Source: Raja brachyura (Eukaryota). Taken from it: a stretch of DNA of 64,000 bases. A program made the translations under genes and the position numbers. The notes beneath the pieces are model-generated. The model was not told the origin of the DNA, made no database searches, and saw only the letters and a program-made list of their open reading frames with translations. The DNA lies in assembly GCA_963514005.1 (NCBI GenBank), contig OY740790.1, positions 12,338,001-12,402,000 on the forward strand. Direction: 5' to 3'. Below, piece by piece: positions 33,791-46,437 of the stretch. How positions within the stretch are numbered: position 1 is the stretch's first letter; each line of letters begins with the position of its first letter.

Positions 33791-35147
33791 CTCTCTCTCC
33801 ATTCCTTCCCCATTTCTAGTTCTTCGAACAGTCTGACTCTCCCCTTCTTCTTCTATCGTTTGGTGTGCACAGCCTAAAGTTGTAGGAAAACGTGTTCTAT
33901 TTGATCTTCCGTTTGTGCACGTCGAGTTGATTGCATTAATTGAAACAGGGCGGGCCACGTGAAGGTTGCAATCTTCCACCTCACTATCCCCTTGATTCCC
34001 TTTTATCTCTGTATGCTTCATTGTCACCTTCTCCGAGCTAACAATGATCTATTCTACATTTTTCTTGATCTCATCGTTTTTGGTGTGTCATTGTCACACC
34101 TTACCCTTATCTCTGTGTCTCCCTCTCCCCTGACTTTCAAGGGCCTCAAACCGAAACATCACCCATTCCTTCTATCCCTAGATGCTGCCTGCCCCGCTGA
34201 GTTACTCCCCGATTTTTACCAGCATCTACAGTTCCTTCCTACACCTTCCTATTCACAGGACTTGGACCTCCATTTAAGTCTGTACTGGTTAAGGGTGATA
34301 TTTTATATTGCGACATATTGTTCTTTGAAAACATTTCATGTGACATACCATGAATAATCAATCCGTAAAAGATATGACGCATGTATCGTTCAGTATGTGT
34401 CATGGGATGTACCAAAATGATCGTCATTAACTGATTTTTAGGGGAAATTTAATGGAAATGCACCTCGAGAATCAGAGAGATGTTTCTGAATGACCCGTTG
34501 GAAAGCAGTTCCTTATTATAAATAACAAACTTGCTCACATAAACAATGAACATTTCTCTAATTGGGAAGGGAGCAGAATCTGGGGATAGGATCTTTTATA
34601 TATGCAAAATATATATACAAAAGTAAAGGCTCTGTATGAATGTAAGCGGAGTTTGTAACAAAATAAGTGAACTGATGAAATGATTGGAAATGTCCCACAT
34701 TTACTCCTGCATTTTGTGTCTATCTTTGGAAATAAACAGATACAATCTGAAAGCGTTTGAAGAGACATGGTGCAAGCTTGAACATTTCATTTCCCATGAT
34801 ACATTTTGTTGAAGATATTGCAAATTTGACTTCCAGTGTTTTAAGTTATAACTGAGTGTAAGGTTAATTGTTTAGTTGTTACATTTGCTGAGCTCTGTGT
34901 AAATTTAAAATGCGGAACTCCAAATGTCAGTCATGACCACATTTCCTGCTTCTTTATGGAACTACTGAAATAACCCAGCACATTCAAAAGTATTGAAATG
35001 ATACTTCCTCAATGCAATAAGATATGATAGAACTTTATTTATCCCAGGAGGGAAATTCATCTGCCAATGTTCATAAAACACAAGATACATGAAACCAAGT
35101 GAAAAGGATTGGATATGTGCAAAGATCAGGGGGGGGGGGGGGGGGGG

Positions 35148-38100
35148 GAGGGATGGAGGGGATCAGCCTACCCCATAGCATTTAATGTGTTTAGATGAGC
35201 CCTTGAAATGTCTTTACAAATAGGGCAAAATAGGGATCCACTGGTCGTCATGGACGTGTGGGCAGAATGTCCTGTTTTCACGCTTTATGACTGTGCAATT
35301 CTACACGACCATATAGAGTCATAGAGTCAGAGTGTAATTCAGAGAGGCCCTTGAGCCCAACTTGCCCACGACAGCCAACATGCCCTATCTGCACTAATCC
35401 CACCAGCCTGCGTTTCGCCCATCTATATAATTAAAAGTCTCATCTTGACCACTTCCTGTCTGCGCTCTATATTGATTTTAGAAAAAAACGTTACGATATA
35501 TCGCTATGATTTTTGGCCATTTTACTGACAGTCCTCCTCCGCTGAGCAGGACCTGTGGATTTTTCCCACTGTTTAAAAATAAAAAGGTTATGAGTGTTTA
35601 AAAAACCTTGAGATCCTCTCGCCTGTCAATCGGGGGGGGGGGGGGGGGGAAGGACTATAAATCCCGGATGTCTGAACATGACTTAGTCACTCTGCAAGAT
35701 CACAAGGGAGAGGCCACGACTCTCATTCTAGGCTGTGAATGAACTGAACTGTGCATCTGCAATGTACTTGCAATACATGATTTGTTATCCCTTAATGAAA
35801 ATGAAATGAGTTGTTTGGCCTACCCTGTACTTGAAACTGCAATGGCATTGGAAATGAAATGAAAATGCAATCAGCCATTTTAACTTGGCCTGCCCTGTGC
35901 TTGAATCTGCAATGGCAATGGAAATGAAATGAAAATGCAATGAGCTGCTTGGCTTGGCCTGCCCCGTGCTTGAAACTGCAATGACAATAGAAATGAAATG
36001 AAAATGCAATTTGCTGTTTGGCCTGGCCTGCTTATGCTTGAAACTGCAATCGCAATGCAAATGAAATGAAAATGCAATCAGCTGTTTGGCTTGGCCTGCC
36101 CTGTGCTTGAAACTGCAATGGCAATGGAGCTATTCAACCTGCTATGCTTGAAACTGCAATGGAAATGGAAATGAAATGAAAATGCAATGAGCTGTTTGGC
36201 CTGCCCTGTGCTTGAAATGAAATGGAAATGAAATGAAATCAGTTGTTTGGCCTGCCTGAAACCACTAATTTTGGCCAACAAGGTCCCTATTAGCTGAGAA
36301 ACCAGTCCCTATTGCCCAAAATGCCCGTAATGGCGCCGGAGGAGCATTTTGACCCAAAAGGCACGTGACAGGCCAGGAAAAGTACAGAAAAAGTGCCTTT
36401 CACTGAGATTTCACACTTTTTTTTTTAAAGAGCCCCTTTGGCCCATCAGGCCTGTACTAGCCCAGGGGGAGTCCCTTCAGCCCATCAGTAAGTATTCCCC
36501 TTGCATGTATTAAACCTCACCCCAGTACTTTTCTCCCTCCCTTCCTTGGCTCCCCGTGAGATTGAGGAATTGTATTAAATCCTGTTATGGAAATATTAAG
36601 ACAGCCAGTGCCAATAATTCTAGAAGCATTAAAATTGATGTATTGGCATTAAACGATTAACCTTAAGATTCAAGCTTGCATGTGCAAAAGAGCTTACTAA
36701 CGCAAAAAACAGAACTGCTGCATCTGCACAACTTGTGGATGTGCAGACTGGCTAACCGCAGACGACTGGCTTTGAGCAAAAATTTAAAACTAACACCATC
36801 TTTGGAGGTGGCTGATGGCCTTTGCACCTTACATCATGTCTGATATGAAGAGATATGTGGAAGAAATGTAATTGGGTGAAAAGGGGGGAGGAGGAAAACT
36901 TTGCATTAAGAGTATATAAGGTGGTACCTGCTGAAGAGAAGTAGCAACTCTTTGCAGGGTTACCTGGTCTGCAGACGGGGGAACTGATGTAAAGACTCCT
37001 GCTCAATAAAATGTTTTTGGTAACCCAGTGGTCGCAACAACCAATGAAAAAAGTTTAAATCCTCATTTGGTGTCAGAAGTGGGATGTCAACCGACGACTG
37101 ATCCTGCCGGTTGAGAACGCCGACGGGCGGGGAGATCGGAGGAGGAGTGCGCACCCAAGTGAGTACATTTATTTAAATTGCCAATTGGTCCTAACTCAGA
37201 TCTCGTCATTCTAAGTGACCTCACCAGTTATTGCAATAATTACCTGGGTTGTTACTCTTTTCACACAATCATATAGTACACTTCATATAACACTGTATTT
37301 TGTCAGGACCGATGCTTGAACCTTTGCCCGCCGTGTCTCACTCAGCCGCTTCAATTCCTGACCTTCGCTTGGAGGATTTCCTCTCTTAACATCCGGTCTA
37401 AGGCGAACTTTTGAGAGACACACTGGGTTTAGGCCCAACCAATATCCTACAATTATAACAGTTGTTTCTCTCGCCCTATAGGCGAGCCCTGTGATCTTTA
37501 CGGCCCTCTATTGACCGAATGATTTCCGCCTACCGCTTTTTCCCAGTGCGCAGTCTTTTGTATACCGTCAACGGTCCCCCTTCAACTGGGGTGTTTCCTG
37601 CTCGGTCAGGCAAGGGTCGCCCTCGGGACTTCCTTTCCCAGTGTCTGCAACCGGTAGATCCGGATGTCGTCCCTTCAACTGACCCGCGCCAGTGAGGTCA
37701 CTTAGAACGAAGAGATCTGAGGTAGGACCAAGTGGCAATTTAAATAAATGTACTCACTTGGGTGCGCACTCCTCCTCCGATCTCCCCGCCCGTCGGCGCT
37801 CTCAACCGGCAGGATCAGTCGTCGGTTGCCATCCCACTTCTGACACCAAATGAGGATTTAAACTTTTTTCATCGGTTGTTGCGACCACTGGGTTACCAAA
37901 AACATACGTTTCATTGAGCAAGAGTCTTTACATCAGTTCACCCGTCCGCAGACCAGGTAACCCTGCAAAGAGTTGCTACTTCTCTTCAGCAGGTACCACC
38001 TTATATACTCTTAATGCAAAGTTTTCCTCTTCCCCCCTTTTCACCCAATTACATTTCTTCCACGTATCTCTTCATATCAGACATGATGTAAGGTGCAAAG

Positions 38101-39970
38101 GCCATCGGCCACCTCCAAATATGGTGTTAGTTTAAAATTTTTGCTAAACGCCAGTTGTCTGCGGTTAGCCAGTCTGCACATCCACAAGATGTGCAGATGC
38201 AGCAGTCCCGCTTTTTGTGTTAGTAAGCTCTTTTGCACATGCAAGCTTGAATCTTAACGTTTATCGTTTAATGCCAATACATCGACTTTAATGCTTCTAG
38301 AATTATTGGCACTGGCTGTCTTAATATTTCCATAACAGGATTTAATACAATTCCTCAATCTCACAGGGAGCCAAGGAAGGGAGGGAGAAAAGTACTGGGG
38401 TGAGGTTTAATACATGCAAGGGGAATACTTACTGATGGGCTGAAGGAACTCCCCCTGGGCTAGTACAGGCCTGATGGGCCAAAGGGGCTCTTTAAAAAAA
38501 AGTGTGAAATCTCAGTGAAAGGCACTTTTTCTGTACTTTTCCTGGCCTGGCATGGGCCTTTAGGGTCAAAATGCTCCTCCGGTGCTAATACGGGCATTTT
38601 GGGCAAAAGGGACTGGTTTCTCAGCTAATAGGGGCCTTGTGGGCCAAAATCAGTGGTTTCAGGCAGGCCAAACAACTGATTTCATTTCATTTCCATTTCA
38701 TTTCAAGCACAGGGCAGGCCAAACAGCTCATTGCATTTTCATTTAATTTCCATTTCCATTGCTGTTTCAAGCACATAGCAGGTTGAATAGCTCCATTGCC
38801 ATTGCAGTTTCAAGCACAGGGCAGGCCAAGCCAAATAGCTAATTGCATTTTCCTTTCATTCCCATTGCCATTGCAGTTTCAAGCACAAGCAGGCCAAGCC
38901 AAACAGCTCATTGCATTTTCATTTCATTTCCATTGCCATTGCAGTTTCAAGCACTGGGCAGGCCAAGCCAAACAGCTCATTGAATTTTCATTTCATTTCC
39001 ATTGCCATTGCAGTTTCAAGCACAGGGCAGGCCAAGCCAAACAGCTGATTGCATTTTCATTTCAATTCCATTGCCATTGCAGTTTCAAGCACAAGGCAGG
39101 TCAAGCCAAACAGCTCATTGCATTATCATTTCATTTCCATTGCCATTGCAGTTTCGAGCACAGGGCAGACCAAGCCAAACAGATCATTGCATTTTATTTC
39201 CATTGCAATTGCCATTTCAAGCACAGGGCAGGCCAAGCCAAACAGCTCATTGCATTTTCATTTCATTTCCATTGCCATTGCAGTTTCAAGTACAGGGCAG
39301 GCCAAACATCTCATTTCATTTTCATTAAGGGCTAACAAATCATTTATTGCAAGTACATTGCAGACTCACAGTTCAGTTGATTCACAGCCTAGAATGAGAG
39401 TCGTGGCCTCTCCCTCGTGATCTTGCAGTCATGTTCAGGCATCCAGGGTTTATAGTCCTGCCCCCCCCCCCCCCCCCCCCCCGCTGATTGACAGGCGAGA
39501 GGATCTCAAGGTTTTTTTAAACACTCATAACCTTTTTATTTTTAAACAGTGGGAAAAATCCTCAGGTCCTGCTCAGCGGAGGAGGACTGTCAGTAAAATG
39601 GCCAAAAATCATAGCGATATATCGTAGCGTTTTTTTCCAAAATCAATATAGAATGCAGACAGGAAGTGGTCAAGATGAGACTTTTAATTATATAGATGGG
39701 CGAAACGCAGGCTGGTGGGATTAGTGCAGATAGGGCATGTTGGCTGTCGTGGGCAAGTTGGGCTCAAGGGCCTCTCTGAATTACACTCTGACTCTATGAC
39801 TCTATATGGTTGTGTAGAATTGCACAGTCATAAAGCGTGAAAACAGGACATTCTGCCCACCCGTCCATGCCGACCAGTGGATCCCTATTTTGCCCTATTT
39901 GTAAAGACATTTCAAGGGCTCATCTAAATACATTAAATGCTGTGGGGTAGACCGATCCCCTCCAGCCCTC
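35148..39970. repeat. Large inverted duplication (arms 35148-37224 and 37692-39970)
   Basis: The arms are reverse complements with scattered substitutions and a different minisatellite copy number. Confidence 0.95.
37068..37085 (+). promoter_or_regulatory. Primer-binding site, tRNA-Leu type
   Basis: TGGTGTCAGAAGTGGGAT is complementary to the 3' 18 nt of vertebrate tRNA-Leu(CAA/CAG), 2 nt after the LTR end. Confidence 0.85.
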
Positions 39971-40098
39971 ATTATTCGGCGGAGGAGGTACTTAGTCTCT
40001 AGCATCAACAATGACTTAAAGGAAGTAGAAAACAATTTGGATGATTGGCTTAGCGGCATGGGAGATGGCCCAGGAGGAGGAACCTGGAACTTGAACTG

Positions 40099-40518
40099 AT
40101 GGAGGGATTGGTTTATTCTTTAGCATTATATCTGGGAATCATCGCAGCTGGCTTCTGCACCGGGCTGGCTATCGTAAAGTGCCTCCTCCGCCGAATATTG
40201 ACAGCCGTTTCGGCATTGGGTGCCACACCAGAGGAAGCTAAGAATTCCGTTCGTATGATGATATTACAGCATGAGCAGGATAAACTGTTACCTAGCCCTA
40301 GCGAGGAAGACGAAAGTGATGAGGGTAATAAGTATGTGGATGGTTGCGAGCGGTTTCCCGCAGTACGGGAAGTCGGGGATCCAATGGACGAAGAGCTAGC
40401 GGTACGAGAAGCCGTAGCTCGTGAGTTGGAGGCGTATGAAATGCAGTGGATGGGACATGTGGTGGACTATGAATGTTGCCATAGAATGGCAAAAGGGGGG
40501 AATGAGGAATTGTATTAA
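40099..40518 (+). pseudogene. env-like or accessory ORF remnant: TM helix plus acidic tail running into the 3' LTR
   Basis: LVYSLALYLGIIAAGFCTGLAIV followed by KCLLRR; preceded in another frame by amphipathic SINNDLKEVENNLDDWLSG...WNLN. Confidence 0.55.
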
Positions 40519-41829
40519 ATCCTGTTATGGAAATATTAAGACAGCCAGTGCCAATAATTCTAGAAGCATTAAAATCGATGTATTGGCATTAAATGATTAA
40601 CCTTAAGATTCAAGCTTGCATGTGCAAAAGAGCTTACTTACACAAAAAGCAGAACTGCTGCATCAGCACAACTTGTGGATGTGCAGACTGGCAAACCGCA
40701 GATGACTGGCTTTTAGCAAAAAGTGAAAACTAACTCCATATTTGGAGGTGGCCGATGGCCTTTGCACCTTATATTATGCCTGATATGAAGAGATACGTGG
40801 AAGAAATGTAATTGGGTAAAAAGGGGGGAAGAGGAAAACTTTGCATTAAGAGTATATAAGGTGGTACCTGCTGAAGAGAAGTAGCGACTCTTTGCAGGGT
40901 TACCTGGTCTGTGGACGGGTGAACTGATGTAAAGACTCTTGCTCAATGAAACATACGTTTTTGGTAACCCAGTGGTCTGGTCGATTATTGTCGCAACAAC
41001 CGATGAAAAAAGTTTAAATCCTCAAGATCCAGGCCAGGATAGACTTTCCTCCTTCATTGCTGTGAGCTTTAGAAAAAGATGAAAAATGTCTAAAATTCAT
41101 TTATCCGCCCTCTCCCCCTTCTCTCTCACGGAGTCTCTCATCTGTTTTGGGCAGAATTTCTGGCAGTTTCTGAGCTGCCAGCCCCCCAGGTCTGAGTGAC
41201 TGAGCTGGCAGCCCACCACGCCTGAGTGACTGAGCTGCCAGCCCAAGAATCCGCTCGGCCTACAATGTCCATTCTAACCCGCTGAAAACCAGTCCCATGG
41301 CCCACAATACCAATACTAGCGCTCCAGAAAGCCCCTCCCACATGGCCACCAATATTGGAATTGGTGGAGAGTTGGAATATTGCATTGGGAGACCAGCCCT
41401 CCTGTGTGAACATGGGACCCAACGGGTCCCACTTAGTTTAGTATTCTTCTAATCCTATCCTATCCATGTACCTGTCCAAATGTTTTTTAAAGGTAGTGAT
41501 AGCACCTGCCCCAACTACCTCTTCTGGCAGCTCGTTCCATATACCTACCACCAATGCAGTAAAAAAGAGCCCCTCAGGTACTTATAAAATCTTTTCCTTC
41601 CCTCACATTAAACATATGGTTCTTGATTTCCCTACTCTGGGTAAAATATTGTGCATTTACCCTATTTATTCTTCTCATGATCTTATACACCTCTATTAGA
41701 TCACCCCTCACCCTCCTGCATGCCAAGGAGTAAAGTCCTAGCCTGCTCAACCTCTCCCCATAGCTCAGGCCCTTGAGACCTGGCAACATCCTTGTAAATC
41801 TTCTCTGCACGCTTTCCAGCTTAACAAAA

Positions 41830-43397
41830 TCTATATTACTAAAAGTCTGATCTTGACTCGCTTTTGGCTCGCTGTGCTGTGATTTCCGAGAGAAAGCCGC
41901 CACCTACGGACGTCATTTTTGGCCACCTCGCTCAGAGCCCCACTCCGCCTTCCTGGACTGGAGGACTTTTCCCATCGATAAAAAATCAGAGAGATATCAA
42001 TGTTTTTTTTTTAATTGCCATTCTCTCTGCTGCCCCTGCTGATGGGAGGGGGGAGGGACTATAAAACCCGTAAGTGGTGTGCCTCACTCAGTCTCTGCAA
42101 GATGGAAGAAGCCAGAGAGTCATGTCTCTCTGAGCTCTGAATAACACTGAACACATGTCTACTCAACTGTGAGTGCCCTTAATGTGGTTTGAAAATGAAA
42201 ATATGGTTGGTTTGAAGTAAAAAGGCATTGCCTGCAAATGGTTGTTTGGGTGCTTTGGGTTGAAATTAAAAGGCACTACTGCAAATGGTGGTTTGGGTGC
42301 TTTGGGTTGAATTTAAAAGGCACTACTGCAAATGGTGGTTTAGGTGCTTTGGGTTGAAGTCAAAATGCACTACTGCAAATGGTCATTTGTGTGCTTTGGG
42401 TTGAAGTTAAAAGGCACTACTGCAAATGGTGGCTTGGGTGCTTTGGGCAGAAGGTAAAAGGCACTACTGCAAATGGTGGTTTGGGTGCTTTGGGCTGACG
42501 TTAAGAGACACTACTACAAATGGTGGTTTGGGTGCTTTGGGCAACTTCCTGTTTGCACTGTATATTGATTTTAGATAAAATGCTACCACTTACGGCTATG
42601 ATTTTTGGCCACCCTACTCAGTCCCCCTCCGCTCAGCAGATGCAGAAGATTCTTCCCATCAATGAAAAATAAAAGTGTTATTAGTGTTTAAAAAATGTTG
42701 AGAATCTCTCTACTGTCAATCACGCCATGAAGGCCACACCTTTTCCGGTGGGAGGGGGAGGGGGTATAAAACCCGGAAGTGTGGGTGTGGCTCAGTCTCT
42801 GCATGATGGGGGAGGGAGAGGGTCATGACTCTGTCTGAGCTGTGAATCAACTGAACACACTGAATGTCTACTGAACTGTGAGTTTGGTGTTTTGTATGAT
42901 TTTATGGTGGTTTCACCCTGCTTGAAATGGTATGAAACTGCATTTGAATGTGGTTGCCATGCACCCTGCATGAAATGGTATGAAACTGCACTTGAATTTG
43001 GTGGCCTTGCACCCTGATTGAAGTGGTAGGAAACTGCACTTGAATTCAGTGGCCTTGCACCCTGTTCGAAGTGGTAAGAAACTGCACTTGAATTTGGTGG
43101 CCTTGCACCCTGCTTGGAATGGTAGGAAAATGGATTTGAATTTGGTGGCCTTGCACCCTGCTTGAAATGGAATTTCAAGGAATAGCCATGAGTCAACTGC
43201 CAGCCCACCAGCCGTGAGTGAGCTGCCAGCACATCAGGCTTGAGGGACTGAGCTGCCACCCTAAGAACCCATACCAGCGCTCCAGAAAGCCCCCCCGCTG
43301 GCCACCAATATTGGAATTGGTGTAGACGTGGAATATTGCATCGGGGGACCAGCTCTCCCATGTGAAAATGTGACCCAACGGGTCCCACTTAGTCTCG
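41830..43397 (+). mobile_element. Non-autonomous Helitron-like element D, complete, ~1.57 kb
   Basis: A|TCTATATTACTAAAAG...GACCC-AAC-GGGTC hairpin then CCACTTAGTCTCG|T. Splits a CR1 fragment between A and T without a TSD; ~47-bp and 48-bp minisatellites inside. Confidence 0.85.
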
Positions 43398-43545
43398 TCT
43401 TTCCCATAACAGGGTAACCAAAACTGAACACAATATTCTAAATGTGGCCTCACCAATGTCTTGTAAAGCAATAACATAACCTCCCAACTTCTACACACAA
43501 TACTCTGGTTGATGAAGGCCAATGTGTTTCGTTTGGTTTAGAGGC

Positions 43546-44715
43546 ACAGCATGAAAATAGGCCCTTTAAGAAGACAACTTAAACTGAATAAACGACAAAA
43601 AGTTTTAAGATGGATAGCTTTGGATAATGATTTTAAACCAGGGATGTATGACTCAATATTTAAAGAGTGTATGAAGAAAGGAATGACTGCATTTTGTACT
43701 GTTACTGAAAATGGAGACCTAAGAAGTTTTCAAGATTTGAAGGATAGATTTGCACTTCGGAACCAAGGCTTGTTTAGATACCTCCAACTGAGAGATTATT
43801 ACAATAAAAAAGTAAAAAGGGAAGCACTAGAAGAAATGAATCCAGTGATAGAAGTGATAGTTAGTGCGTATCATAAAAAAAAATTAAGGATTATTTATAA
43901 ACTTTATCATAGTTTAATGGAATGTCAAGCTACATTTTATGTAAAATTTAATTGGAAAAAAGAATTGAACATCACAATCTCAGAAGAAGAATGGCATCAT
44001 GTGTGTGTAACACTGCAGACATCCACTAATTCACAAAAATGGAGATAATTTAATTGGAACATTTTGATTAGTTTCTTTATTACGCCTAACATAAAAAGCA
44101 AGCAAATTCTAAGGCAGCAAACATGCTGGAGGCAATGTGGCCAAACAGATGCAAATCATGCACATATCTTCTGGAGTTGCCCAAAAATAGAACCATTTTG
44201 GGACAGAGTGAATTCAGAATTAAAGGAGGTATTAGGATATACAGTCTGCAAGAAGTGTTCCATTTTATACCTGGGTAACATAAATACGGTGGTGCTGAAG
44301 GAAGACCATTACTTGGTTAAAATCCTACTCACAGCAGGCAGAGAGGCCATTACAAGAAACTGGCTTGGAGCAGAAACACCCAGACTGACAATGGTTAGAC
44401 ATAGTACAGGAAATATTTGTCATGGAGAAAATGACATATTCTCTAAGAGTGAAAGAAGACGAGTTTAACAGAAAATGGGAAAAATGGATTAGGTATAGAA
44501 ATAAAGACATCAACACTATAATTTTATTGACAATAATGTAAGTTATTGGAAAATGTTTTAATAAGAAAATAGTTCCGTATACTGCATCATTAATTGTAAA
44601 CTGAACCCCCCGCTGCACTGTTGTACGTTTCACTGCATTCTTGTATGTTTCGTTGTTATATTTGTGTTTTATTTGTACAAGCATAAAAGCAATAAAGACT
44701 AAAGTGAAGAAAATA
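43546..44715 (+). mobile_element. L1/Tx1-clade LINE 3' fragment
   Basis: FRYLQLR and C-terminal CWRQCG...HIFWSCP..FW zinc-knuckle region; AATAAA and an A-rich end. Confidence 0.82.
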
Positions 44716-46302
44716 GGCCCTTTGGTCCACCAAGTCCACTCTGACCAGCAATCACATGTACACCAGTCCTATCCCATACACTAGGTTCAAGGTTCAAATT
44801 TATTTGTCACGTGACCATCTAGAAGCTCGCAATAAGACACACACCCAGGTCTTATCTCCCTGCGGTGGGCCTGCCTCGACTGAGGGTGTCTTGTGATAAA
44901 AGGCCGAAACACCCAGTGATGTTGAGGTACACAACTGAAGATGTGTCTGATTGTTAGCAAAATTCACCTAGTGGTCATACCCAAGAATATCAATTGTAGT
45001 GAAATCTTAGGGACTGTAACATCCAGTCCTAACAATCAATCAATTTGTCACATGCACCATAAAGTGCAGTGAAATGAATTTACAATGCAGCGTTTACTGG
45101 GTATTAGCTACAGGTAATGTACCATGCACCAGGGACAATTTACAGAAGCCAAGTAACCTACAAACCTGCATGTCTTTGGTGGTCTCCAGGAGTACCCGGA
45201 GAAAACCTACTTGGTCACAGGGGTACGCAGGTACAAACTCCGTATAGAAGCACCCGTAGTCAGGAGCTAACACAAGTCTCTGGCGCAGTAAGGTTGCAAC
45301 TCTACCGCTGCGCCACTGTGCCACCCTGTGCCGAAAGCCTTCTTGACCACCATATCTGCACATGATGTGACTTTCAAGAAACTAAGTACCTGCGCTCCTG
45401 GATCCCTCTGCACTACAACAATCCCCAGAGCCCTGCTATCCCAAAATGCAACACCTCGCACTTATCTGTATTGGACTCCATCAACCTTTCTACAGCCCCC
45501 CTGCACAACCGATCAAGACCCTGCTGCAATCTTTGCTATCGACAATTCCTCCCACTTTAGTGTTGCACTAGACTTGGGTTATGATAGAAGGTCAGGTTAC
45601 GAAGAAGCACTCAAGCTTGGCATTTTGCTGTGCATTCTATGAGTATTTTAGTGTGTGGTCGGGTACCGGTGTATTTTGGGCTTGTTTACTGAGGGAGTGG
45701 AGATGATGTATACCATGACTGAAACCTGAGGAATGGGATGTTTTGGACTTCAGAATGTCAATTTGATTTTTGACATTGTGCTACTTTAAATCTATAAGAA
45801 TCGGAGAACTCTGAAGTGGTTTTGTTGTTTGGCTGTCTGAACCCTTCTCTTTTGGCATTCCACATTGATTTATCAGAATTTCATCTGATTCTGCCAATTT
45901 GTTAAATGGATTTTTTCATGATTTAATCCACTTTTAAGTCTTTTTAGTTTAAAGAGGTGGCCAGCTCATACATGTTAGAAGATCCAAAATGTCAAGTTTC
46001 AGACCTTTCTATGGACCTTCCACTTTGAGCATAAGAGTCAGGAAGTCATGATGCAGCTTTAGTAAGAGTTTGGTTAGGCCGCATTTGAAGTATTGAGTGC
46101 AATTCTGGTCGTCCTATTACAGGAAAGATGTGGAAGCTTTGGAAAGGGTTCTGCGGAGGGTTACCAGAATGTTGATTACTGGGAATTAGCTGCAGGGAAA
46201 TGTTGGCAGACCTGGATTGTTTTCTCTGGAACGCCGGAGGTTGCGGGGAGACCTGATAGAAAAATGTAAAATTATGAGAGGTATAGGTTGGGTAGACAGC
46301 CA

Positions 46303-46437
46303 GGGGTGGAAGACTGCAACCTTCACGTGGTCCGCCATGTTTCGACTAATGCAATCAACTCGACGTGCACAAATGGAAGATCAAATAGAACAAGTTGCCC
46401 AACAACTTTAGGCTGTGCACGCCACACGAAAGAAGAA
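46303..46437 (+). mobile_element. Short retroposon with (GAA)n tail, RTE-like 3' end; second copy reversed at ~33847-33983
   Basis: ~13-bp TSD ggtagacagccag on both sides; inserted in a CR1 fragment. Confidence 0.7.

Larger units (their letters stand above)
36563..41024 (+). mobile_element. Rearranged LTR retroelement (ERV or env-bearing Gypsy-like)
   Basis: 5' LTR 36563-37065 and 3' LTR 40503-41024 (TGAGGA...TCCTCA); 4-bp TSD AGAT; PBS after the 5' LTR; PPT AAAAGGGGGG before the 3' LTR; TATA and AATAAA in the 5' LTR; third, inverted LTR copy at 37851-38357. Confidence 0.9.
35422..41441 (+). mobile_element. Non-autonomous Helitron-like element C (hosts the LTR element)
   Basis: A|TCTATATAATTAAAAGTCTCATCTTG start; GGGACCC-AAC-GGGTCCC hairpin then ACTTAGTTTAG|T end. 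Sits between A and T of a CR1 3' UTR with no TSD; ~68-70-bp minisatellite inside. Confidence 0.78.

Noticed and set aside
31540-35100. Second VCAM1 paralogue after the duplicated upstream segment
   Set aside because: No signal-peptide or Ig exon remnants were recognisable.
37831-37848. tRNA-Leu gene
   Set aside because: Only 18 nt including CCA; it is the inverted PBS, with no tRNA body.
38796-39420. His/Cys-rich repeat ORFs (also 35785-36281)
   Set aside because: Translations of the Helitron minisatellite; no coding signals.
44880-44945. Hammerhead-like GGGTGTC...GAAACACCC motif
   Set aside because: No intact CUGANGA box in the required position; probably a decayed retroposon end.
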